32,000 nt of DNA from Halogeometricum borinquense DSM 11551 (GCF_000172995.2 NC_014731.1:307011-339010), one strand, 5' to 3'. Positions 17,140 to 25,365 are shown, numbered from the stretch's first letter. Numbers and translations: made by a program. The notes: a model not told the origin generated them from the sequence alone.

Positions 17140-17773
17140 CTACGAGTAGTGGATGAGTTGCTTGGTCCCCGAGGTCGCAAAGGAGACGGCGAGGACGACG
17201 AACGGCACGAGTAGCGCGCCGACGGCTCAGGAGAAGGCGACGACCGAAACCGCAGTGGCCGCCGACGCCAACGCGAGATAGACGCCGTAGGTGAGCGCCC
17301 GACGCCGAAGGGAACGGCGGATCGCATCGCCGCCGCCGTCGGAGAGGGAAAAGCGGGGTCTTCTCGGTCCCGCGGATGGTCGGCGTCCCCGCATCGACGG
17401 ACAGCTCGCCGTGGACCGTCAGCCGGGCCCCCTCGGGGACGGCCTTCGACAGGAAGTAGTCGTTCTTCAGGTCGATGTCCGGGTCATCGACGACGACGCC
17501 TCGGAGCCGTTCGAGCGGCAGTTCCGTCGAGTGATCAGCCAGCTGGACGTACGGCGAATTCCTGAGGTAGACGTGCCCGTCCGGCTCGGGGGGAAGCCGA
17601 CCGGCCGTACCGCCGCCAGCCGGTCGGCGTCGTGGACGTCTCGCAGCCACCCCGGGTCGACCCGGAGCTTCCCGTTCTCGGTCGCGACGGTGAACGATCC
17701 GAACTCGACGCCGGAGGCGAACCGCACGACCGTCGCTCGAAAGGTTTCGGCCAGCTCTTCTCCGTTGGCTCAT
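17140..17773 (-). pseudogene. decayed gene for a membrane-anchored protein (at least 2 frameshifts and an in-frame TGA)
   Basis: Protein-like translation is only obtained by frame hopping. The segments are (M/V)RFASGVEFGSFTVATENGKLRVDPGWLRDVHDADRLAAV, then EPDGHVYLRNSPYVQLADHSTELPLERLRGVVVDDPDIDLKNDYFLSKAVPEGARLTVHGELSVDAGTPTIRGTEKTP, then SLSDGGGDAIRRSLRRRALTYGVYLALASAATAVSVVAFS*AVGALLVPFVVLAVSFATSGTKQLIHYS*. The first shift is at a G6 run (17588-17593) and the TGA is at 17227-17229. Confidence 0.6.
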
Positions 17774-18306
17774 TTCGTAGATGAGTTATTGACCGCAGTT
17801 GTACCGTTCACCGTAGTTGAGTTGGTCAATAAATTCCGTTGGACAGTAGACCTGCAGTTCCACGTCTCACAGATCTAAGTACGGTCTGCTGGAGTGATTG
17901 AGATTATTCGAGGGGGCAGAAAAGATTTCCAACGAACTTCCTTGTTCCTACAGATTGCAGATGAGAGAATGGAACTGATGTACGAGTCCACTCTATTAGA
18001 AAAATATTATCCATACTATTTTGCATATTTTTAAGTAATATCATCGATCCGACGAGGGTCGTGAAGAATACGATAACAACAACAGCTCTTCAGAGAGTCC
18101 TTGGCTCAGCATTTCCTCCAATAGCAACGCCAGCGAGCATAGCTACAATCAATGCAGTAAATAATTCAATAGAACTGAAATAATAACGGTCTCACATTCC
18201 TATTTCCCTGATTCGCGATTGTGTCGAGTCTATCTCTCTGGGATGGATTCGCGGTAGTCTGTCATTTCTAAAATGTATGATCTGCTCCAGTATTGTGGTA
18301 ATCTAC

Positions 18307-18720
18307 AGTTGGAAAGCGGCAGGTGTAGGCAGTAGTGCGTTCTCATATGCATTCTTAGTTATTTCACAGTACCCGAGTACTATTTAATATTAAAATAGTG
18401 TATCTACTGCTATAGTTCTTCTATATAGTAGTGTACATCGTAGATATACGAACAATCTGGCGATTGATTAGCGTCGGATTCAAAAATGTCGTGAAGTGTG
18501 GGTGGTCGAAGCGAAATTTGTCACCGATACCGTGTTTATTCTCCAATGTAGTTCTCCTGGAGACCTCCCGTCCGTCGTGTTCTGGGCTTGTGGCGTGCCA
18601 GCGAGTAAAATCGAGCAATCCGAATCGTGGGTACGTAGACGTTAATCATGTCATATGTTCTATCATTACAATATTATTCTTGTAAGGCCGGAATATGCCA
18701 GCCTCCATTCAGAATTCCAG
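18307..18720. repeat. left arm of a long imperfect inverted repeat (partner 23517-23919)
   Basis: By-eye alignment to the reverse complement of 23517-23919. Identical blocks include 18698-18720 (23/23), 18512-18535 (24/24) and 18571-18604 (33/34), plus gtaggcagtagtgcgttc and atttaatattaaaata. Weak similarity continues to about 18275 and about 18750. Confidence 0.85.
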
Positions 18721-18796
18721 TCGAACTGGAATCTTCTTCTGATCGCTTCGTACAGACCAATATCGAACGAAAACAAAAATAAAAAATTCGCGGCTG

Positions 18797-18833
18797 TAGC
18801 TGACAGGCAGTAATTGTTATATTTCGTCAGCTA
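18797..18833. promoter_or_regulatory. candidate operator: 8-bp perfect inverted repeat bracketing a TATA-like element upstream of the wHTH regulator
   Basis: TAGCTGAC (18797-18804) and GTCAGCTA (18826-18833) are separated by 21 nt containing tgttatattt. The site lies 25-60 nt upstream of the regulator start at 18858. Confidence 0.35.
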
Positions 18834-18857
18834 AGACAAGTGGCCGCAAGAGAAAAT

Positions 18858-19625
18858 ATGGAGACAACAATCCGAAAGCGCCATGACATCCTAGAGGAAC
18901 TCGTCGATAGCTCGCAGTCAAAGCCAGATTTGGTCTCTCAGATGGACCTTTCGAGGTCAACAATCGACCGAGGAGTGAACGAGTTGCTTGAGCACGACTG
19001 CATAACGAGGACTGGTTCGACCTACGAAGCCACGGAAACCGGTCGGTTAGCCATCAGAGAATACGAGCGGTACCTCCGGTTTGTAGAAACCATAAAAGCA
19101 TCACCGAAAATACTCAACGAAGTTCCGACGAATACGTTTGACACCGTTTTCTTACGAGATGCAGATTTCGATCTCGTTGACGACCAGCAACCGTGGGCGG
19201 TGCTCGAGAAGAGTACAGAACTTATGAAAAACGCGAAATCTCTGAAAGGCACGGTCCCCGTCATTTTCCAGCGGCATTTTGCTGACTTGACTGACTCCTT
19301 TGACACTGGCAAGGAAGTGGAACTAATCTGGGACAACTCCCTGTATCACTCGCTGAGTGAGGAAATGCAAGAGATGATAGCTACTTTTCAGGAGTACGAC
19401 CAAGCTACAATGTACCGAACTGATTTAACAGATTCATACGCAATCTGGATACTGGACTCTCCGGAAGGAAATCACGCTAGTATCGCGGTCTTCACGAATG
19501 GCGGAATTCGTGGAATCATCCGCAATGATACTTGTGCCGCGGTTGATTGGGCGCTGTCTCAATACGAACAGCGGAAAGAAAGTGCGGTAAGTATCACGTC
19601 GAGACACACCCACAACTGTAACTGA
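18858..19625 (+). CDS. winged-helix transcriptional regulator (HTH plus DUF1724/FilR1-like C-terminal domain)
   Basis: The N-terminal wHTH is RHDILEELVDSSQSKPDLVSQMDLSRSTIDRGVNELLEHDCITRTGSTYEATETGRLA. The C-terminal part (...YAIWILDSPEGNHASIAVFTNGGIRGIIRND) fits the haloarchaeal/methanogen DUF1724 regulator architecture. An alternative GTG start lies at 18840. Confidence 0.75.
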   Translation: METTIRKRHDILEELVDSSQSKPDLVSQMDLSRSTIDRGVNELLEHDCITRTGSTYEATETGRLAIREYERYLRFVETIKASPKILNEVPTNTFDTVFLRDADFDLVDDQQPWAVLEKSTELMKNAKSLKGTVPVIFQRHFADLTDSFDTGKEVELIWDNSLYHSLSEEMQEMIATFQEYDQATMYRTDLTDSYAIWILDSPEGNHASIAVFTNGGIRGIIRNDTCAAVDWALSQYEQRKESAVSITSRHTHNCN

Positions 19626-19629
19626 AAGA

Positions 19630-20121
19630 CTACTTAGAATTCGCGGTCGTTTGGTCTTTCGGCACTATGTAGTCGTCCACCATTGTTATCTCCCCGTTGG
19701 CCTGTTGGTGCCGCACGAGAATGAAGGTGTCACTGTCAGGAACCCACTCGAACTGAAGCACCAGGAGATACCGGTACAGAGAACGGTTTTGTTGAGCAGA
19801 TTCGACGTCTGCTTCCAGTCGGACATCGATGGTAGTGCGAGCCTCATTATTTACCGTAGGCACGTGCGCATAGAGATCGGTAAGTTTTCCGCTGGAGACA
19901 AAGTTACCCGTGATAACGAGTTCTGCTTCGTTTCGTGAGTAGAGTATCTGTGCTGTGTGGTCAGTGTCCGCCGTTTGGTTCTTTCTCCAAGTGACCTCGC
20001 GTGATTCAAGATTGATTGACCGCTCATTCGGGTTCTCGTCAAGTACTGTACATCCCGCAAGCGTTGTTAGTAGTACAGTGCCAACCGTACGCCGACTGAG
20101 AACGTGATCTCGCTCACTCAT
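19630..20121 (-). CDS. Tat-type lipoprotein, function unknown
   Basis: MSERDHVLSRRTVGTVLLTTLAGC has a twin-arginine followed by a lipobox (LAGC). The start was moved from the ORF-track 20223 to the ATG at 20121. Confidence 0.7.
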   Translation of the reverse strand: MSERDHVLSRRTVGTVLLTTLAGCTVLDENPNERSINLESREVTWRKNQTADTDHTAQILYSRNEAELVITGNFVSSGKLTDLYAHVPTVNNEARTTIDVRLEADVESAQQNRSLYRYLLVLQFEWVPDSDTFILVRHQQANGEITMVDDYIVPKDQTTANSK

Positions 20122-20311
20122 ATCTACGGTTTTGCATGTCATGGGGGATTTATCTTTTCTTTCAGGGTTAGTGATGTGCCTCACTCTCTGTGGGAATGAC
20201 CACCTGCTGACAAACTCTCTCAAAGGATACCTAAAAGTATAACAAGATGAAGATTCAGTCAGGAATTAAAATAAAGAAATCAGCAAAATCATGATGAAAG
20301 TGTCGTATACA

Positions 20312-21376
20312 ATGTCACGAGACAGCGAAAGCGACTTGGCAAAAAATGGCACAGGAGTGACTCGACGAGGCGCGCTGAAAGGCCTCGGTGGAGTAGTAGT
20401 TGGTAGTGCCGCACTTGGGTCGAGTGCAAGCACTGGTGCTGTAGCATACGAAACTGACCCGAACGCAGATTCTAACAAATGCGGACCCAGACCGAGCCCA
20501 TGGAAAGATCATGGTGAATATGATACGCAGTTCCCATCCGGAACTACCCATCACGTATGTTCAGTCCTAGATCTCACTCACTCCCATTACGAACCCAAAG
20601 ACGAAAACCAAAATATAGACGACTACTGGATACACGAGTTTCAATTTAGTAGTCAGGTCAGTGCAGTGGAGACCGAGTCAGGGGATCCCACCGACAAGCT
20701 CCGGTCTCAAGGAGTTCGGATCAAGAATAACAACACAACGAAAGTCCCAGTTCGTGCAGCGAAAGGCGAGCAAAACAACGCCCTAGCACCTCAGTCCAAC
20801 AATCCAGACAATGTCGAGGACTTTAATGGTGCAGTTATCAGCGCAGCCGGTCTTGCAATCACGCTTGCAGAAAAGACTCAGGCGGCGCTCGTACTGTCTG
20901 GTGCCCAACTTGCGAACTCGCTTGGACAGATAGCGTACGACAAAAAGACTCCCGATGACTCCGCGTCATTCATCTGGGAAGGCGGATACAGTGGAATTGA
21001 GAGGGGTGCCCATCAGGTTGTTTTCAGCGTCGCCAACTATCTAACGTCCTCATCTGACACACCGCCCGTCCAGATCAGTGCGCACGCAGGTCAAGCCTAT
21101 ACTGGTTGGGATCTCAAATTCTCCAAGTGCGACGTCTCAACATCTGGAAAAGATGGGTCCTCCAGTGAGGCGCAGGGACCGATGGGAGATCCGCGGAAGA
21201 TGTCTAAAGCAGAAAAAGAGGAATTCGGGATCAAGGAGGTTCAGCGATCACAACTTGCTAAGGAGGTTGGAGAACACCGTATACAAACTGAGAATGAACG
21301 GGTCTACGTCGCAGAAGACCCGCCAATCTCTGCTACTCCGATGAGTCGGGAGGAAAGTAAAAAACTCTGGGAGTAG
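20312..21376 (+). CDS. Tat-secreted protein, function unknown
   Basis: MSRDSESDLAKNGTGVTRRGALKGLGGVVVGSAALGSSASTGAVA matches the Tat consensus (T-R-R-x-x-L-K). No catalytic motif was recognised. It is transcribed divergently from the lipoprotein gene. Confidence 0.75.
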   Translation: MSRDSESDLAKNGTGVTRRGALKGLGGVVVGSAALGSSASTGAVAYETDPNADSNKCGPRPSPWKDHGEYDTQFPSGTTHHVCSVLDLTHSHYEPKDENQNIDDYWIHEFQFSSQVSAVETESGDPTDKLRSQGVRIKNNNTTKVPVRAAKGEQNNALAPQSNNPDNVEDFNGAVISAAGLAITLAEKTQAALVLSGAQLANSLGQIAYDKKTPDDSASFIWEGGYSGIERGAHQVVFSVANYLTSSSDTPPVQISAHAGQAYTGWDLKFSKCDVSTSGKDGSSSEAQGPMGDPRKMSKAEKEEFGIKEVQRSQLAKEVGEHRIQTENERVYVAEDPPISATPMSREESKKLWE

Positions 21377-21379
21377 GAA

Positions 21380-21740
21380 GGGTGTCAAGGTTGGCTGATG
21401 GCATTATGGTACGCGGCGAAGGCTTTGGCCCAGCGGTCGACTGATTTCTAGGAGCTATTGTGGGGAACTGGCTGTGAACCGCCCCGGGGTCAAGCCCCGA
21501 GGCACTCGCCTTGTTTTCTCTGTAGATCGACTTGATGAACCCAGTTGTGAACGGCGACCTCGCTCCGATCGATCCTAAACCTTCCGAGATACTTACTTAC
21601 CTCACGCAGCGACATGCCGGCCAAGTGACTGCGGATCCCTATTTCAATCGCCCAGCGCGGCGTTTGATCTCGCTCCACAAACGACAAGTCGATCTACATG
21701 ATTCGTTCGCTGAGGCGTTCGATTTCGGTCATAGACACTC
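21380..21740 (-). mobile_element. internally deleted IS6-family (ISH-type) element remnant
   Basis: The transposase N-terminus (21490-21687) reads MSFVERDQTPRWAIEIGIRSHLAGMSLREVSKYLGRFRIDRSEVAVHNWVHQVDLQ. A C-terminal tail in another frame (about 21386-21445) reads KSVDRWAKAFAAYHNAISQP*. The catalytic core is missing. Putative ends GGGTGTCAAGG (21380) and inverted GAGTGTCTAT (21740) are only partly complementary, so the boundaries are approximate. Confidence 0.5.
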
Positions 21741-21856
21741 TGAAGTGAGCGCCTCATCCTCTAACTTAACCCGAGCGAGCGGTTGTGAAGCAGGTTTCAG
21801 GTGGGTGATGGCCGCCGGAGTAGTTTCAACGAGTGAGTTGATGGCTCCTAGCGAGT

Positions 21857-22600
21857 TTAGTCTTGCGCGAGTGCGGCTTGTAGTTCGTCGTCGTCAGAGA
21901 GACCTTCGAGATCTCCGGTTTGGAGCCGCCAAAGGTCTGTATAGAGTCCATCTTGGGTGACGAGGGACTCGTGCGTTCCTTCCTCTTTGAGCTCTCCTTT
22001 TTCGATAGTAAGGATGTGATCGGCAAATCGGACTGTAGAGATGTTATGCGCGACGACGAACGTCGTGCGGTTCGCGGTAACCTCTCGGAGTGATTGCTGA
22101 ATGAGGACCTTCGTTCGATTATCAACGTCGCTGGTTGCCTCGTCGAGAATCATGATTTCGGGGTCGCCGACGACTGCGCGAGCGAGCGCGATGCGTTGCC
22201 GTTGGCCACCCGAAATCCGGTTGCCGCCTTCACCGACGTCGGTCTCGTATCCGTCGTCGAGGTCCTCGATGAACTCGTGTGCTTTTGCTTGTTTGGCGGC
22301 TTCGACAATTTTGTCTGTGGTTGTGTCTGGGGCTCCGTAGCTGATGTTCTCGGCGACGGTTCCAGCGAAGAGGTACGGGTCCTGACTGACATAGCCGATA
22401 GCAGACCGGTAACTGTGTTTCGAAAACTCGCGGATATCGGTGTCGTCGACGGTGATCGTTCCGCTGGTGGGGTCGTAGAAGCGGAAAAGGAGCTTGAGGA
22501 TTGTTGATTTCCCGGAGCCAGTCGGGCCGACGATGCCAACGGTGTCGCCGGACTCAGCATGGAAGCTGAGATTATTGATGGCTGGTTCGTCGATTGATAC
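21857..22600 (-). pseudogene. 5'-truncated ABC exporter: nucleotide-binding domain only
   Basis: The continuous frame reads VSIDEPAINNLSFHAESGDTVGIVGPTGSGKSTILKLLFRFYDP...GYVSQDPYLFAGTVAENISYGA...ISGGQRQRIALARAVVGDPEIMILDEATSDVD...VVAHNISTV. Walker A, Q-loop, signature, Walker B and H-loop are all present. There is no transmembrane domain and no start codon upstream of 22600. Confidence 0.8.
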
Positions 22601-23040
22601 CCGCCTGCGCCTGAAGACGCAGGAAGATGGCCATGTCTCACTCCGTGCGACGACGGGCGAGGTGCGTCCATCCAGCGATGATGGCTATAGCGACTACGAG
22701 GAATCCCCATGTGAAATGAGAACTGAAAGTACCTCGACGATACCAAACTTAACGCGCGTCGGAAAATCTCTCATACGAATTGCTTCGATAGCGGACATAC
22801 ATTAATTCGGCTCTATTGAAATTCTCAGCCGCTGATAATTTTCTGGGGCCGTGCTGAATACAGGGCGTGAGTCGGTCGCTGACAGGTGAATATCACTGTA
22901 CTCGGTGAAGATCGAACGATTCGGACACCTCCATGGAGCCAATGGCTGCTCAGCTAATTCGTGGATATTATTTGGATTGTTGTATGTGACGATAATATAT
23001 AATGTAACTATTTTTATTGTCGGGCTAGAGACTAAACGCA

Positions 23041-23290
23041 ATGTCGGCCGAAAACACAGGAGGAACTGTCGAACGGAGGAGCCTTTGGAGAATTTTGAAA
23101 AAGTACGGCGCCGATTATAAATGATATTTCATTGTAGGAGTCATCACAACCGCATTGACAAATCTCATTGGCCATGCTGCTCCGTTAGTGCTAGGTTCTG
23201 CAATCAATTCGATCTTCACCGATAGTGCTCCGCTGAACATTCCATTCCTTCCTGCGGGCTTGGTACCTACCGTAGAAACCAGCGGAGAAA
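23041..23290 (+). pseudogene. ABC exporter N-terminal (transmembrane domain) fragment with in-frame TGA
   Basis: MSAENTGGTVERRSLWRILKKYGADYK*YFIVGVITTALTNLIGHAAPLVLGSAINSIFTD... The TGA at 23122-23124 sits where Trp is expected. Protein-like sequence is lost after about 23280. Confidence 0.5.
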
Positions 23291-23516
23291 TCAGGATAGC
23301 AAATGAACATCACCACCAGCCCTACGACCTACGGATACATCAAAGTCTCTGCCCAAGAAGAAGACCATGACAGCGTCTGAGAGTACTTCCTTTCCGACAT
23401 CACCGAGAGTCAGACTGAGTCTGTCTCCCACGACGAGGAATTCAAAAACGACAAGGTGACAGTCTCGATCACGATGGAGAACGTCGCCCTCTGCGACCGG
23501 ACAAATTCTAATTCGG

Positions 23517-23919
23517 CTGGAATTCTGAATGGAGGCTGGTAGATTCCACCCTTACAAAAATGCTATTGTAATGGTGTAATAGATAACACGATTGACGTCC
23601 ACGTATCCATAATCTGGAGTGATCAATTACCCTCGCTGGTACGCCACAAGCCCAGAACACGACGGTCGGGTCTTAGGGGGAACTACATTAGTGGACACAC
23701 GGTATCGGTGACAAATTTCGATTCGATTCTCCACTACATTTTTGAATTCTATCCTAACGAAGAGCAAGATTGCTCGTATATATCGGACTTATACCACCAT
23801 ACAGAGGCATTATAGTAGTAGATATGTTATTTTAATATTAAATATCATCCAAGTATGGTGGTACAACCAGAGAACACATCTAGGAACGCACTACTGCCTA
23901 CATCTGCCAATTCCCAACT
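23517..23919. repeat. right arm of the long imperfect inverted repeat (partner 18307-18720)
   Basis: Reverse complement aligns to 18307-18720. Identical blocks are 23517-23539, 23697-23720 and 23632-23665 (33/34), plus the AT palindrome tttaatattaaa at 23831-23842. Confidence 0.85.
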
Positions 23920-23966
23920 CTTGCTGATTGGATTGGTGGGAGCCATAGTGATTCGGGTGACTGGCG

Positions 23967-24253
23967 TATGATTCCATTATACGAAGGAATATATCTTGAA
24001 GAGGGTGAGCGTGGTGAGATAGAATTTTTTCAGAGACGGTGAATCAACCGAGACCAACGATTTCCCGCGGAGATTTGAGGATCCCAAAAAGAACGCTATT
24101 GTCCAATATCTCTCAACCACTGAACCGACAGAAAGTGGGCGAGAGCGACGAGCAATGGTCTTTGCCCCAAAAAGAGATAGGACCGAAGAAATTGCTGAAA
24201 TGCTTGCTGACCATATTAGAGATGACTGGTCTTCTACGGAGTGGTTTGCGTGA
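23967..24253 (+). pseudogene. gene remnant with helicase-C-terminal-like segment, frameshifted at a T6 run
   Basis: MIPLYEGIYLEEGERGEIEFF is followed, in the next frame, by RDGESTETNDFPRRFEDPKKNAIVQYLSTTEPTESGRERRAMVFAPKRDRTEEIAEMLADHIRDDWSSTEWFA*. The two frames join if one T of the 24025-24030 run is removed. RAMVFAPKRDRTEEIAEML resembles the start of a helicase RecA2 domain. Confidence 0.3.
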
Positions 24254-24313
24254 GTCTCGCGCTCTCGAAGAGTCGAGAGACACCGTTGAAGCAACCGTAC
24301 GGAATCTCCACGA

Positions 24314-24871
24314 ATGCACTTCCTGCCGAAATATCTAGGAGATGCCGTCGTCGTGACTGATCCCGAACCCATCCATAAGGGTAGCATCGAGATCACGGCA
24401 CTTAGAAAACTCGTGTACCGGCTCGCTCCAGCAGACCGCGAGTACGATCACGTTGCTGAAGCTGCGTCTGCCGTCGTTGAACGATTCCAGAGCCTCGAAG
24501 AGGAAAGTGAGCAGCTCAGGGATAGACTCGACAAACTTGGCGACATTGGTGAACGGAAGACATCGAAAGAGGAGAAGATAGCGGCTATCGTCACCTTCGC
24601 AGCCCGAAAGAAAGGGGAGAAACCCGCTATCACGGTCAAGCCAAAGACGATCAAAGGCCTAATCGATTTCTCTCGTCGCTATGCCTACGATTTAGTTGAC
24701 GATATGCACGATGAGTATGAGTGGGCACACGACCCGACACAAGTCGATCAGTACGGGATGCTAGAAAAAGATACCTCGCAGAAGGGCATTCTCATCGACT
24801 TCGACGGAGTTCACGGAGACCCCGTACCTGTGAACAAGTTCACCACTGGAACAGCCGAACAGGGCCGCTGA
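24314..24871 (+). CDS. acidic hypothetical protein (possibly the tail of the degraded upstream gene)
   Basis: 185-aa ORF with halophile-like composition and a coiled-coil-like stretch (VERFQSLEEESEQLRDRLDKLGD). It is in the same frame as the 24023-24253 remnant and separated from it by two TGA codons (24251, 24287). Confidence 0.5.
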   Translation: MHFLPKYLGDAVVVTDPEPIHKGSIEITALRKLVYRLAPADREYDHVAEAASAVVERFQSLEEESEQLRDRLDKLGDIGERKTSKEEKIAAIVTFAARKKGEKPAITVKPKTIKGLIDFSRRYAYDLVDDMHDEYEWAHDPTQVDQYGMLEKDTSQKGILIDFDGVHGDPVPVNKFTTGTAEQGR

Positions 24872-25365
24872 CTGATGGTACCGTTACGAGACAAACCTCC
24901 GCCGCGTAAGCCAAGTTTAGAATTCGTGAGGCAGGTTGTGGAAGGAAGGAAGTGTTAGTGGTAGGTAGCTCAGCGGAAGCGCAGCAGAGCGTCCCAAATT
25001 GACCCCCTCAGCGCTGCTCACCCACGTGGTGAACACGTTCACATGAATGATCACAGCAAGATACAGAAATCGTAGCACTTCCCAGGTTCCAAACTAGCGC
25101 CGAGAGCTACGAAATCTTCCTGCTCCGGCATGGTATCTGGCGATAGACCGAGGTAAACGTGGTAAGCCACTTCTTGAGCAGGCTTGGCGTCGAGACATAA
25201 TATATCAGTTAGATAGGGAAGACTGCTGAGGTCTGCACATTCTGTTGCTTGGGGAAACGATACAAGCTATGAAACAATACTCATATGAGTAAGAACCCTG
25301 CAGGTCAAATTCAGCTTTATTATCCCTGATAGGGGAATCGCACTACGATTGTGTCTTGCTTATAT

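Noticed and set aside
17090-17773. 227-aa ORF taken at face value as an intact CDS
   Set aside because: About two thirds of it is poly-Arg/Pro nonsense. Only its middle segment is protein-like, and the flanks read properly in another frame. It was reinterpreted as a pseudogene.
18421-18618. 65-aa ORF inside the left repeat arm
   Set aside because: The homologous stretch in the right arm is disrupted by an indel and a stop. Conservation between the arms is block-wise at the nucleotide level, not codon-like.
22150-22746. 198-aa minus-strand ORF and the plus-strand ORFs 22094-22507 and 22101-22340
   Set aside because: These are the wrong frame or strand over the ABC nucleotide-binding domain, which reads cleanly in the frame containing GPTGSGKST and SGGQRQR.
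24955-25035. tRNA-like string (gtaggtagctcagcggaagcgcagc), considered as a possible tRNA or attachment-site fragment
   Set aside because: I could not fold an acceptor stem, a complementary D-stem, or an anticodon or T-arm. Only the TAGCTCAGCGG resemblance exists.
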